Assembly: GCA_050123235.1 (NCBI GenBank)
Contig: JASFHL010000006.1
Span: 1,707-65,706 of the forward strand
Direction of reading: 5' to 3'
DNA: 64,000 bases
DNA from: Candidatus Woesebacteria bacterium
GTDB lineage: Bacteria; Patescibacteriota; Microgenomatia; UBA1400; PJMF01
Within the stretch, counting starts at the first letter, position 1. Every line of letters begins with the position of its first letter. A program made the translations under genes and the position numbers. A model generated the notes under the pieces. It searched no databases and was not told the origin of the DNA. It worked only from the letters and a program-made list of their open reading frames with translations. Shown piece after piece: positions 48,756-59,147 of this stretch.

Positions 48756-50603
48756 TCAATTTTTGATTTGATTCTGTAATTTAACAATTAATTCCAACAG
48801 ATCATTTAATCTGGTCTCCTCTTCTTCTGTTTTTTTTAATTTTTTATCAAGTTCTTCAATTTGAGCATTGATTTTGTTGATTTTTCTTCTGATTAATTCT
48901 TTTTTTAATAAATTAAAAACTCGATTCCATTCTTGATCAACTTTTAATTGATCCAATAAATCAAGATATTTGGGATTTAAATAAAAGTCAAACAGTTTTT
49001 CTTTTAAATCTTCAGCTAGAGTGTGAGCAAACTTATCTAAAACAAAATCAGTTTTAAAACTAATTATTTTTTTAATAATTTGCTGAGCACCTAATAAACT
49101 AAGCTCAAAATCTTTTAACAAGCAAGCTCTATCTTTAACTTTGCTTTGATCAGAGCGCAGTAACAAAAAAAATAAATACCTTTCTAGTTCTAATAGACTC
49201 TCACTTTCTCCTTCTGCTTTTTTTTGTGACGGTCTCCTGGCAATTTTACTGACAACGCTCTTTTTTTGTTTCTTAGATATTATTTTAAGATTAGCGCTAA
49301 TCCTAGTCATATCCTTCATCACTACCGCCTGTTTAACATTTAAAGCTTTAGCTAATTTAGCTAAATAATAATCTTGCTCAACTGCATGTTTAATCTTAAA
49401 TAAAACTGCTGCTAATTCATCCATAATTTTTCTTTTCCCTTCTGGCTTTTGGGGATCATGTTTATTTAAAACTACCCGTAGTAAAAACTCATAAATAGAG
49501 ATTGATTGTTTAGCTTTTTTACGCCAAAGGGATGCTTCAACGCTAGCTAGTTCATCAACATCTTTGTATTTTTTCCTATTGCTAACTTTTTTATTATCAG
49601 AATTATCATTTAAATCAATGATCCGTAACTCCAAACGACTGTCTTTTATTAAATCAATTGCTCTTCTACTAGCTTCAATGCCAGCATTATCAGTATCAAG
49701 ACAAAGCAAAACTTTATCAGCTACTCTTTCAAACAATTTAATTTGCTCTTTTGTTAAGGCTGAACCCTTAATTGCCACAATGTGATTGACATGAGCTTGT
49801 ACTGAAGAAATGACATCAAATTCCCCTTCACAAACAATTACTTCCTGTTTCTTCTTAATTTCGCGAAATAATTCACTAAAACCATAGAGCATCTGAGATT
49901 TATGATAGAGTAAAGTTTCAGGAGTGTTAATATATTTGGCCTCCTTAGCTGCTTTATCAAGTAAACGACCTGAAAAGCCAACAACTATACCTCGGTGATT
50001 TTTAAGAGGGAAAACTACTCTGGAACGAAAACGATCATAATAGCGACCAGTTTTGGTTTTGATGATTAAACCTGTTTTGAAAATTTCTTCCAAACTAAAT
50101 TTCTTTTTATGATGCAAATACTTGATCAAACCATCCCAACTATCCAGAGCAAATCCTAATTGAAATAATTTAATTGAATCTTGAGTAATACTTCTTTCTT
50201 TCAAATATGCTCTAGCTTTCTCTCCTCTTTGATGTTTAGTGAGTATATAGTGGTAATATTCTTTAGCTAAATTTAAAATTGCTAACAATCGTTCGCGTTC
50301 TTCATCATTACTGGAGCGCTTAAATTCTTTTAACTTAATGCCAGCCCGATCAGCTAATTGTTTCAAAGCTTCCAAAAAAGTCATGCCATCATATCTCTCC
50401 AAAAATTCGATCACATCACCACTTGCTCCACAACCAAAGCAACGAAAACGCTGAATATCTTCACTGACAAAGAAACTGGGAGTTTTTTCATTATGAAAGG
50501 GACAAAGGCCCTTATAACTACTACCTGCAGCTTTCAATTCCAAACGCTCAACAATAATATCAACAATATTATTAGCATCCTTGACTGTTTGGACTTGGGA
50601 CAT
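48756..50603 (-). CDS. dnaG: DNA primase
   Basis: CPFHNEKTPSF zinc finger and a Toprim domain. Confidence 0.9.
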   Translation of the reverse strand: MSQVQTVKDANNIVDIIVERLELKAAGSSYKGLCPFHNEKTPSFFVSEDIQRFRCFGCGASGDVIEFLERYDGMTFLEALKQLADRAGIKLKEFKRSSNDEERERLLAILNLAKEYYHYILTKHQRGEKARAYLKERSITQDSIKLFQLGFALDSWDGLIKYLHHKKKFSLEEIFKTGLIIKTKTGRYYDRFRSRVVFPLKNHRGIVVGFSGRLLDKAAKEAKYINTPETLLYHKSQMLYGFSELFREIKKKQEVIVCEGEFDVISSVQAHVNHIVAIKGSALTKEQIKLFERVADKVLLCLDTDNAGIEASRRAIDLIKDSRLELRIIDLNDNSDNKKVSNRKKYKDVDELASVEASLWRKKAKQSISIYEFLLRVVLNKHDPQKPEGKRKIMDELAAVLFKIKHAVEQDYYLAKLAKALNVKQAVVMKDMTRISANLKIISKKQKKSVVSKIARRPSQKKAEGESESLLELERYLFFLLLRSDQSKVKDRACLLKDFELSLLGAQQIIKKIISFKTDFVLDKFAHTLAEDLKEKLFDFYLNPKYLDLLDQLKVDQEWNRVFNLLKKELIRRKINKINAQIEELDKKLKKTEEEETRLNDLLELIVKLQNQIKN

Positions 50604-50695
50604 ATTAGGGCTATTTTAACAGACGTCTAGAACATTACTATAGATAAATAAGACAGTAGGACTTCTCTCCAAATTGTGTTTATAATGTAAATCAT

Positions 50696-51124
50696 ATGCC
50701 AGAAAGTAAAAAAACAGAAAAAAAAAGAGAACATATCAAGAGCCCTTTCAGCATCTACTTTAATATGCTTAGTGAGATTGATAAGGGAGCGAGGTATTCC
50801 AAAGAATATGGGTCTATTCTTATCTTAGGTCTAGTAGAAGAGATTGGAGAAATGGCTAGAGCTTACCTCGCAGAACATGGACGTAAAAAAACAAATATAG
50901 CGGCTCAACTGGATGAAACCTATCAACAGGAATTAGGTGACATTCTATTAGTGATTCTAAGATTTGCCAGAATTAAAAAAATTAATTTACATGACAGAAT
51001 CATGTATTCGATGAAAAAAATTCAAAAAAGAAAAGCCCAACCTAAAGGAGCAAAAAAATTAAAAGTTTCTCTAAGCGATGCCAAGACCAAAAAAGTAAAA
51101 ACAAAGAAAAATCAAACTCCTTAA
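50696..51124 (+). CDS. MazG-like nucleotide pyrophosphohydrolase with lysine-rich C-terminal tail
   Basis: EExGE-like EEIGEMARAY and ELGDILLVILRFA helices. Confidence 0.5.
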   Translation: MPESKKTEKKREHIKSPFSIYFNMLSEIDKGARYSKEYGSILILGLVEEIGEMARAYLAEHGRKKTNIAAQLDETYQQELGDILLVILRFARIKKINLHDRIMYSMKKIQKRKAQPKGAKKLKVSLSDAKTKKVKTKKNQTP

Positions 51125-51192
51125 GCTAAATCTCTAAATCTTCCACCAGGGTTATACTTAAGAATTACTGCTAAATAAAAAAAGAGTTCTAG

Positions 51193-51612
51193 CTATTTAT
51201 CCTTCCTCCCCAAACGTCTTTCAACCATCACACATCTATCGTGCACTACTTCGATTTGATTTTTTTGACAAAAGCTAATTGCTTTTTCACTCTCACTACC
51301 TGGCTGCAACCAAACTTTTTTTATACCTAGCTTTTTAACTTCTGTTAATACTCGCTCTGTAACAGCTGGTGGCACTACAAAAATCACCATTTCAATTTTG
51401 TCTTTGACATCACTTAGATGAGCGTAAACTTTTTGCCCTAAAATTTTTTTTTCTTTTAAATTAATAGGGATAACATTAAAACCAGCATCAGTGAGGTCTT
51501 TTAAAATTTTATAACCATATTTTTCAGGGTTAGCGGAGGCCCCAACTAGGGCGAAAATCTTCTTTTTTAGCATTTTGTTCCTCTTTCCATTTTTCCGTAC
51601 GTTTTGTTTCAA
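51193..51612 (-). CDS. CoA-binding domain protein (YccU-like)
   Basis: IFALVGASANPEKYGYKILKDL motif. Likely true start at an internal Met near 51573. Confidence 0.65.
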   Translation of the reverse strand: MKQNVRKNGKRNKMLKKKIFALVGASANPEKYGYKILKDLTDAGFNVIPINLKEKKILGQKVYAHLSDVKDKIEMVIFVVPPAVTERVLTEVKKLGIKKVWLQPGSESEKAISFCQKNQIEVVHDRCVMVERRLGRKDK

Positions 51613-52027
51613 GGATCTCTTCTAACAATCCTCCAAAATTTGGTTTTTTTCTCACTTGTATTACGTGACGGATATAATCTTGTGTTATTTGAAGACACTC
51701 TATAGCTAAAAGAGCTTCACAATTCAAATGATTGGCAAAATAATCAACAAGAATTCTAGCGTGGTTTCGATTGATTGTAATGTGATAATACCAGCTAAGC
51801 TCTGCTTGATTTGGGTAAAAACCATCTTCTTGCAATCCAGGATCACAAATAGGGCAAAGGGCCAATAGTTCTTCTAATCCATCAACATTAAAACGAGGTC
51901 TATCATACTTCTCATTAAGTTCTCGTCTTTGTTCATCAGGAAGATCATGCCACATTTCCATACCAAAAATATGCGGATATTTACGATTTTCTTTCATTTC
52001 TGAATCACTTGAAATTTCTCTCTCCAT
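51530..52027 (-). CDS. hypothetical protein
   Basis: ORF with a CPICD motif. Its 3' end overlaps the next ORF. Confidence 0.35.
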   Translation of the reverse strand: MEREISSDSEMKENRKYPHIFGMEMWHDLPDEQRRELNEKYDRPRFNVDGLEELLALCPICDPGLQEDGFYPNQAELSWYYHITINRNHARILVDYFANHLNCEALLAIECLQITQDYIRHVIQVRKKPNFGGLLEEILETKRTEKWKEEQNAKKEDFRPSWGLR

Positions 52028-52088
52028 AATAAAATTGCTCCTTTTAATTAATGCTATACTAACAATTATAATATCAACTTAAGAAAAT

Positions 52089-53261
52089 ATGAACTCAAAA
52101 AAATCAATTTATCTAGACTATGCTGCCACCACCCCTGTTGATCCCAGAGTAATAAAAGCTATGCTGCCTTATTTTAATAAAAAATTTGCTAATGCTGCTA
52201 CTATCTATAAACTAGGATTGGAAGCTAAAAAAGCAGTTGAAGACAGTCGCAGGCTTATGGCTGAAGCTCTGGGCGCAGTAAATAAAGAAGTTTTCTTTAC
52301 CAGCAGTGCTACTGAAAGCAATAATACAGTGCTAAAAGGGATTGCTTTTGCTAATAAAGATAAGGGCAATCACATTATCATTTCTGAAATTGAGCATGAC
52401 TGTATTCTCAATAGCGCTAAGTGGCTAAAAAAACAAGGTTTTAAAATCACTAGACTGAAAGTAGATGATCGTTATGGCCGCATTCATCCAAAATCTGTGG
52501 CAAAAGCTATCACTGATGAGACTATCTTAGTCTCTATTCTTCATGCTAATAATGAAATTGGTACTATTCAAGATATTGCCAAAATTGGACAAATCTGCAG
52601 ACAAAAAGGAGTGTATTTTCATACTGATGCTGCTCAAAGTTTTGCCAAAATACCAATTAATATCAAGGAAATGAACATTGATCTGCTAACTGCCTCTGCC
52701 CACAAAATCTATGGTCCAAAAGGAGTAGCGCTACTCTATATAAAACAGGGAGTAGCAATTGAACCACTATTGCATGGAGGTGGTCAAGAATCTAATATGC
52801 GTTCTTCTACTAGCAATACCGCAGCCATTGTCGGCTTTGCCAAAGCCACTGAGCTTTGTTTAGCAGAGATGGAAAAAGAATCTAAAAGACTGACTAAACT
52901 GCGTGACAAAGTGATTAAAACTGTTTTATCTAAAATTCCAGAGACTAGTTTAAATGGCCATCCCACTGAGAGATTAGCTAACAATATTAATCTTTCCTTT
53001 TCCTTTGTGGAAGGGGAGTCGATTATTTTGTTACTAGATGCAGCTGGCATCTCGGCGTCGACTGGCTCTGCCTGTTCATCCAAGAACTTAGAGCCTTCAC
53101 ATGTTTTAAAATCCTGTGGCATTAAAGCTGAAAAAATTCATGGCTCATTAAGGCTGAGTCTTGGTCGCTGGACTAATGAAAAAGACATTGATTATTTGTT
53201 AAAAACTTTGCCTGCTATTATCAAAAAACTTAGAAAAGTCTCACCTTTTAGAAAAAAATAA
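52089..53261 (+). CDS. iscS: cysteine desulfurase
   Basis: LDYAATTP N-terminus, SAHKIYGPKG PLP-lysine motif, C-terminal SSGSAC. Confidence 0.9.
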   Translation: MNSKKSIYLDYAATTPVDPRVIKAMLPYFNKKFANAATIYKLGLEAKKAVEDSRRLMAEALGAVNKEVFFTSSATESNNTVLKGIAFANKDKGNHIIISEIEHDCILNSAKWLKKQGFKITRLKVDDRYGRIHPKSVAKAITDETILVSILHANNEIGTIQDIAKIGQICRQKGVYFHTDAAQSFAKIPINIKEMNIDLLTASAHKIYGPKGVALLYIKQGVAIEPLLHGGGQESNMRSSTSNTAAIVGFAKATELCLAEMEKESKRLTKLRDKVIKTVLSKIPETSLNGHPTERLANNINLSFSFVEGESIILLLDAAGISASTGSACSSKNLEPSHVLKSCGIKAEKIHGSLRLSLGRWTNEKDIDYLLKTLPAIIKKLRKVSPFRKK

Positions 53262-53264
53262 TAT

Positions 53265-53786
53265 TTGTATTATGAGAAAATTTTTATGTACACAAAAAAA
53301 GTAATGCAGCATTTTCAAAATCCTAAAAATACAGGTAAATTAAAAAATCCTGATGGAATCGGCAAAGTGGGCAATATTGTCTGTGGAGATGTAATGCATC
53401 TTTATATTAAAGTGGGAAAAAATAAAAAAAATGATAATATTCTGAAAGATATTAAATTTGAGACTTTTGGTTGTGCTGCAGCCATTGCAACGAGTAGTAT
53501 CATCACCGACTTAGCCAAAGGGCAAACTTTGGAGCAAGCTTTAAAAATAAATAAAAATAAGGTTGTGGACTCATTGGGTGGTTTGCCACCAGTAAAAGTG
53601 CATTGCTCAATCTTAGCAGTTGATGCTCTTAGTGAAGCTATTTATGATTATTTGAAAAAAAATAAAAAAGCAATTCCTGCAGACTTAAAAAAAAGACACC
53701 TGCGAATTCAAAAAGAAAAAAAACTCATCAAAGAAAAATATCGTGAATGGACAGAAGGGCAAGAAAAAACCCTAACAAATGAATAG
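53265..53786 (+). CDS. iscU: Fe-S cluster assembly scaffold IscU/NifU with extended basic C-terminus
   Basis: GxVxCGD and FGCAAAIATSS cysteine ligand motifs. Confidence 0.85.
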   Translation: MYYEKIFMYTKKVMQHFQNPKNTGKLKNPDGIGKVGNIVCGDVMHLYIKVGKNKKNDNILKDIKFETFGCAAAIATSSIITDLAKGQTLEQALKINKNKVVDSLGGLPPVKVHCSILAVDALSEAIYDYLKKNKKAIPADLKKRHLRIQKEKKLIKEKYREWTEGQEKTLTNE

Positions 53787-53860
53787 GCTGGATAGTTTCC
53801 ATCAATCAATATACTACCGAGCTTCATGGAATGAGCCTCACTCTATGACGATCTTTATCC
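53787..53860 (+). repeat. 3'-UTR repeat family copy A, with invariant 14-mer ACTACCGAGCTTCA at 53814-53827
   Basis: Alignable over ~70 nt with copies at 55925-56000 and the reverse complement of 47859-47971. Confidence 0.45.
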
Positions 53861-54545
53861 TTGACCCATCTAACTGGGCTTTTTCACCACTAGTGGATTT
53901 AATTTGCACCATGTATTGATTATTGCCAGCAGTTAAAGCCAAAGCTGGAGAACTTTTCCAAGTTGAACTGCTAGTATTATGAAAAATTTCTGAATTATGA
54001 AAGATATGACCTGTAGTTTTATTAATTAATCTAGCATGCACCTCACCACCAATGATTGATAAAGCTGCCTGAAGTTCGATATTTTTGACTTTGGGATAAT
54101 TACTACTATTAATATATGCGACTGCTGAACTCATATCAGTCCATTCTCGGCTGGTAGTACTGCCTGTGCCTAAATAAACAAAATATTCTTTGACAGCGGG
54201 TTGAGCAGAACTTTGGGGAATAGTGCTTTTAGCTGCGGGTTTTTTTTCTAAAGCAGTAATTCTAGATTTTAAATCTTGTATTTCAGCTGCCAAACTAGCA
54301 ATGCTGGCTTTATTTTCCTGAACCTGTGTGTCTATTGAAGAACTTTTCTCTTCGCCTAAAGTAGAATCAGCAAGTAAACTTGAATCTTCTGTATCTGTTT
54401 CTGAAGAACTACCAAGAATCTTTTCTAGGTTTTGGTTAAATTGCTTAAGTTTTTGTGAAGTAGATAAAGAAAAAATCCACAAAGCTATTAAGTTAGCAAT
54501 TATAAATAAAGTAAATAAAAAAATTAATTTAGAAAATTTGGGCAT
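53838..54545 (-). CDS. hypothetical secreted/anchored protein with coiled-coil
   Basis: N-terminal TM/signal; no recognisable motif. Confidence 0.4.
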   Translation of the reverse strand: MPKFSKLIFLFTLFIIANLIALWIFSLSTSQKLKQFNQNLEKILGSSSETDTEDSSLLADSTLGEEKSSSIDTQVQENKASIASLAAEIQDLKSRITALEKKPAAKSTIPQSSAQPAVKEYFVYLGTGSTTSREWTDMSSAVAYINSSNYPKVKNIELQAALSIIGGEVHARLINKTTGHIFHNSEIFHNTSSSTWKSSPALALTAGNNQYMVQIKSTSGEKAQLDGSRIKIVIE

Positions 54546-54630
54546 TCAAATTAAGTATAGCAGAGATGCTCATTGCTATGCTAAATAAAATAAAGATATT
54601 GACAAATTTAAAACAGTTATAGGAATAAAA

Positions 54631-55176
54631 TTACCAAATTTTAGCTTTACTTCCTGCTTTGGGCCTTTTGTGAGCGGCTATTCTAGTTTGGGGAAAATCC
54701 ATTTTATCTCCACCTTCTCCTTGAAGACGACGTCTGCGTCTCCTCCTCTCTATTTTAGGCTTCTTTTTTGGTTTTTTTACTTTTCTTTCTTCTAGCCCCG
54801 AATCAGTACCTAAATCAGCCTCAGTTTCTTCTACTTTGACATCAGTAATCTTATCTCCATCCATCACACATTTAAAAGTTAGGCCATTGACAGAAAAAGT
54901 CTGAATAACTTCACTGCCTTCTAACTTCGAGTCTGGGAAAATGTTTGCTCTACGCAATTTGCCAAAAACATTGGGAGTATTATCACTTGGTTCATTGAGT
55001 ATAGCTATTAGTCCCTCCTTAGCTTCTTCTTCCTCAAGTAAAACTTTTGCTCCTAAGTTGGCTAGCTGATCAGTTAAGTTGTCTAATGCTTCCGGCTCCT
55101 CTGCTATCACAATTTTTTCCAACATAATTCCTCCTAAAAGTCTAATAATTATTATCACTCTAGCAAAAAGTATCAA
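54631..55176 (-). CDS. hypothetical protein with arginine-rich C-terminal tail
   Basis: ORF with an RRRRRR basic stretch. Start probably at an internal Met. Confidence 0.3.
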   Translation of the reverse strand: MILFARVIIIIRLLGGIMLEKIVIAEEPEALDNLTDQLANLGAKVLLEEEEAKEGLIAILNEPSDNTPNVFGKLRRANIFPDSKLEGSEVIQTFSVNGLTFKCVMDGDKITDVKVEETEADLGTDSGLEERKVKKPKKKPKIERRRRRRRLQGEGGDKMDFPQTRIAAHKRPKAGSKAKIW

Positions 55177-55283
55177 AGAAAACTAGCACTGAAACAAAAA
55201 AAATAGACTTTAGTAAACAATTGTACTTTTTCAATAACTTTAATATACTGCTCATATAAACTTATTAATTAAATCCAAAACAG

Positions 55284-55907
55284 ATGTTAAAAACAATTTT
55301 GCCAACTAAATTATTTAAAATAGTCATTATTACGCTATTTCTTAGCTGTTTAGCAGTTTTCCTATGGTGGAAACAAAGTAATTTAAATTCCAAGTTTAAA
55401 CTAAACTTAGATCAAGCAGCAGTTATTAAAGAGATTCAGGAATTAAATAAATTAGAAACAGCCTCTTTTAACATTGAAAAAATCATTGATGCTGGTACAG
55501 ATGCTAATCAATTTAAAGAATTTTTATTTGGTGATCGTATTTTATTAATCGCCCATGGCAGAGTAGTTGCCGGTATTGATTTGTCTAAAATTGAAGGAAA
55601 AGATATCCAGATTAATGAAGAAAGCAAAGAATTGAAAATCAAACTAGCTGCCCCTCAAATATTTCACACTATTATTGATAATGAAAAAACTAAAGTCTAC
55701 GACAGAAAAAAAGGCATTTTAACTAAAGGTCAAAAAGATCTTGAGGCTCAAGCACGCCAAGCTGCAGAGGAAAGCATCCAAGAGGCTGCTTGTGAAGCTG
55801 ATATCCTAGATATTGCAGCTACCAGCGCAGAAAAACAACTGATTATTCTTTTTAAGGCATTGGGTTTTGAATCAGTAATTATTAAAATTGAGAAAGGAAA
55901 CTGTTAG
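55284..55907 (+). CDS. DUF4230-like membrane-anchored protein
   Basis: N-terminal TM. RVVAGIDLSKIEG...KVYD pattern recalled for DUF4230. Confidence 0.45.
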   Translation: MLKTILPTKLFKIVIITLFLSCLAVFLWWKQSNLNSKFKLNLDQAAVIKEIQELNKLETASFNIEKIIDAGTDANQFKEFLFGDRILLIAHGRVVAGIDLSKIEGKDIQINEESKELKIKLAAPQIFHTIIDNEKTKVYDRKKGILTKGQKDLEAQARQAAEESIQEAACEADILDIAATSAEKQLIILFKALGFESVIIKIEKGNC

Positions 55908-55924
55908 TGAGTTCACTACACAAC

Positions 55925-56000
55925 AATTTTAGAGCGTTGAAGTGGAGTCTGGTTGGATTTAAATTGGCAATAAATACACTACCGAGCTTCAGCGAATCAA
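55925..56000 (+). repeat. 3'-UTR repeat family copy B, with 14-mer at 55978-55991 and flanking 8-bp stem CGTTGAAG/CTTCAGCG
   Basis: See copy A. Lies between convergent genes. Confidence 0.45.
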
Positions 56001-56003
56001 AAT

Positions 56004-56855
56004 CTATTTATACTCCACAAAGTATTTAATATTAGCGTTTGCTTTTAGCTCCTCCAACCAAGTTTGAAATTCTTCACTTAGTTTTTGTTGTTTGATTTGT
56101 TCTGTGACTGTGCTTCTTAACTCTGCTTCTTCAGTAGCTTCAGTCACTTCCGGCAGATATTCTTTATTGTCTTCCAAATATTGATCAATATCTTCGTCAG
56201 TTATTTGAACTTTATCTGCAAGCAACTTTTCAATTAGTTTTTGTAGTTTAACATTTCTTATTAGTTCATCCTTACTCATTCCCTGCAATTCCAAAAACTG
56301 ATCTAAACTAAAACCTTGTGAAGAAAAATTTTCTTCCAACTTAACAAGTTCAGCATCCATTTCTTCTTGAGAAATAGAAACATTAAGTTTGCTAGATTCT
56401 TGGAAAATAAGAGTTTCCAAAACTAAAGAATCCATAATTTGTTTACCATAACGTTGCTCGGATCTCGACACTACTGAAAATCTACTAATTGGCTGACCAT
56501 TAATTAAAGCCACTACCAACAGACCTTTGAAAAAATAAATGCCTACAGCCAAAATTAAAAGCGCTGCAAATCCAAAAAATTTTCTTCTAGACATTTGCTT
56601 AATATTATTAATGAACGAAAGAACTGTTTTCGCTGTAGTTTTAATAATTTCTACATTTCTAACTGTAGCTACAATATTTTGATCTTTTTCTTTTTTAACT
56701 GTCTTCTCAGTAGCTGCTCTTTTTTTGGTAATTTTTTTACTCACTTTACTAACAGTTTTTCTTTTAGCAGTAGCCTTTGATTGAGAGCCTTTTTTAACTG
56801 CTGTAGTTGTTTGTCTTTTGGAAGTCTTTGATGCTTTTTTTGCCATAATGTGCAA
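56004..56855 (-). CDS. hypothetical basic N-terminus/TM protein with SurA-N-like chaperone region
   Basis: Lysine-rich N-terminus, one TM, helical domain. Family assignment weak. Confidence 0.4.
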   Translation of the reverse strand: MHIMAKKASKTSKRQTTTAVKKGSQSKATAKRKTVSKVSKKITKKRAATEKTVKKEKDQNIVATVRNVEIIKTTAKTVLSFINNIKQMSRRKFFGFAALLILAVGIYFFKGLLVVALINGQPISRFSVVSRSEQRYGKQIMDSLVLETLIFQESSKLNVSISQEEMDAELVKLEENFSSQGFSLDQFLELQGMSKDELIRNVKLQKLIEKLLADKVQITDEDIDQYLEDNKEYLPEVTEATEEAELRSTVTEQIKQQKLSEEFQTWLEELKANANIKYFVEYK

Positions 56856-56979
56856 AGTATATCATAAATAAGTCTTAATGAAACTGGAAAAATATAGTAT
56901 AAATGAAAATCTAAATAAGCTGTTTTTGCAGATTTAGCATTATAGTTATCTAGCCATTGATATGGCTATAGTTTATAGC

Positions 56980-57612
56980 TCAGGATTTAAAATCATTTAA
57001 TAAAGCAATAACTTCTTCATCGCTAACTTGTCCGAATTCTTGATAATAAGAACCAATAGCACCTTTAAAAAACCATGGTTCTTCTAAACTGATCAGTTCA
57101 TCAACATTTTTTCTTAAATCTGCGGCAGTATCTTTAGGCAATACAGGCACAGCAATCACAATTTTTTTTGGTTTTTGTTTTTTAATATCCAAAATAGCTG
57201 CTTTGATAGTCAGACCTGTGGCAATACCATCATCAACAATGATGGCAACTTTGTTTGTGGCTGATAGACGCTTCTTTTCAGCTAAATAAACTTTACTTCT
57301 TCTGATTGCTTCTTGCTGTTCTTTTTTTACTTCTTTTTTAAGCCAATCCTGATTTATTATCTTGCGCTCGGCTTCATTGCAGACTAAACTACCACCTTCA
57401 GCCAAAGCACAAATTGCATATTCAGCTGAACTAGGATGCCCTATTTTACGCGGGATGATTAAATCTAGGGGAGCCTTTAACTGTCTAGCTATTTCAACAC
57501 CCAAGACTATTCCACCACGAGGTAAAGAGTACAAAACTACATCTTGGTTTTTATATTTCAATAAAGCTTGAGCTAGTTTTTTAGCAGCTTCAAGACGGTT
57601 TTTAAACTGCAT
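56980..57612 (-). CDS. predicted phosphoribosyltransferase
   Basis: VAIIVDDGIATGLT PRPP-binding motif. Confidence 0.7.
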   Translation of the reverse strand: MQFKNRLEAAKKLAQALLKYKNQDVVLYSLPRGGIVLGVEIARQLKAPLDLIIPRKIGHPSSAEYAICALAEGGSLVCNEAERKIINQDWLKKEVKKEQQEAIRRSKVYLAEKKRLSATNKVAIIVDDGIATGLTIKAAILDIKKQKPKKIVIAVPVLPKDTAADLRKNVDELISLEEPWFFKGAIGSYYQEFGQVSDEEVIALLNDFKS

Positions 57613-57724
57613 GTATTTAGCATAACATATCTTGATTCATCATACTAAATAATAGACAACTATATTAAAGTTTATTATAATAGCAAGCTGTAGATCAAAA
57701 AACTCAACTTAAACTAATTATTTC

Positions 57725-58603
57725 ATGACAGTAGAAAATCCTTTATCTTCTTTATTATTCAAAGAAAAACAAAAAAATATTCTAATTTTCTTATTAGTTT
57801 ATCTAATATTAGTGGGTCCGATTATAGGCTGTTCATCTACAACAGAAGCAGCTGCTGTAGAAACAAAACTAACTCGCTGGACAGTTTTAACTCCACAGCC
57901 ACCAGATATTATTCCTACGTATAATAATCCTTATGCTGATCTTATCAGTTTAGAACCTTGGATAGAGAATGGAGGGCCAGTTCTGCTTGAATATCAAGGT
58001 AAAAAATATCCTATTCTTAGTTTAAATCTAGAAGCTGCTACTGCTGTTAATGGTTGGCAAGATGTAATTCATATTTTTGATATTGGCCAAAATAACTGTT
58101 TTGCAGATGCTCTAATTAGAATTGGCTGTTTAAACGAAGTGCTCACAGAAGGACACTGGTTAAATCCAGATTCTGTTGATTATATTCTCAGAAGATATTT
58201 CACAGAAGTGGCTACTATTGATACTTCAAAAATTACTCCAGAAATGGCAGAGGCGACCTTTAATTTTTATCAAACAGAAAAAGGTGGTTTTTACTTTGCC
58301 AGCACTGATCCCGGTTTAGCCGCTCCTGTTAATGAGCTTATTGTGCAACTAATTGAGCTAGGTGATAAGTATGGCCCTACGCTAGTCACATACAATGTAC
58401 AAACTGAAGCTGCAGTTTACCCTTTATATCATATGAGTTATGTACCAGGAAATTTGGCTGAAGAAACTTACAACGACTATGCTTTTTATGAAAAAATCCT
58501 CATGGATCCGATTCTAATCAATGTGTTAAAACATTGCTTGGAAAATGAAATAGAAGGTAAAAGAGCTAATTTAAGTATTACTGTGTGGAAGCCGAACTAC
58601 TGA
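57725..58603 (+). CDS. hypothetical lipoprotein
   Basis: Signal peptide with an IIGC lipobox. Confidence 0.4.
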   Translation: MTVENPLSSLLFKEKQKNILIFLLVYLILVGPIIGCSSTTEAAAVETKLTRWTVLTPQPPDIIPTYNNPYADLISLEPWIENGGPVLLEYQGKKYPILSLNLEAATAVNGWQDVIHIFDIGQNNCFADALIRIGCLNEVLTEGHWLNPDSVDYILRRYFTEVATIDTSKITPEMAEATFNFYQTEKGGFYFASTDPGLAAPVNELIVQLIELGDKYGPTLVTYNVQTEAAVYPLYHMSYVPGNLAEETYNDYAFYEKILMDPILINVLKHCLENEIEGKRANLSITVWKPNY

Positions 58604-58670
58604 CTTAAAAAAATATTTATTAGTTTTTTATATATTACTGCTTTCTTTGCTCTAAAACAAATTTTCTTAT

Positions 58671-59147
58671 TTAGTTTAAAAGCACTATTGCTAAATTTAG
58701 GATGCTAGCAAAACTGACCCAGAGTAGATAAGGAATCAACAAGTAGCTTGCTGATTTATTAAGAAGAAAAAATCTTCTAATTGTAAGCACAATCAAAAAC
58801 CATAAAAGTATAATTTCCAGGAAAGCAAGCCCTGGTAGCTGTAGACCAAAAAAAATGATGGACCATAAAAAATTGAAAAATAATTGTAATAAAAAAATTA
58901 TTTTTGCTTTCTTTAAAAATTTTTTTTTAGACTTTCCTTGCCAAACTAAATAAAAAGCTAAACCCATCATCAAATACAAGCTTATCCAGACAGGAGCAAA
59001 TATCCAATCAGGTGGGTTAAAAAAGGGTTTGTTTAAGTCAAAATACCAAGTCCTGACACTACTACTGGTAAAAAAAGAAGCCAATAAACCGGCTAGCTGA
59101 GGTAATAATAAAGCGATGATTAATTTTTGCCAATAGATTTTTTTCAT
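58671..59147 (-). CDS. tspO: tryptophan-rich sensory protein TspO/MBR
   Basis: FFNPPDWIFAPVWISLYLMMGLAFYLVW five-TM signature. Confidence 0.8.
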   Translation of the reverse strand: MKKIYWQKLIIALLLPQLAGLLASFFTSSSVRTWYFDLNKPFFNPPDWIFAPVWISLYLMMGLAFYLVWQGKSKKKFLKKAKIIFLLQLFFNFLWSIIFFGLQLPGLAFLEIILLWFLIVLTIRRFFLLNKSASYLLIPYLLWVSFASILNLAIVLLN

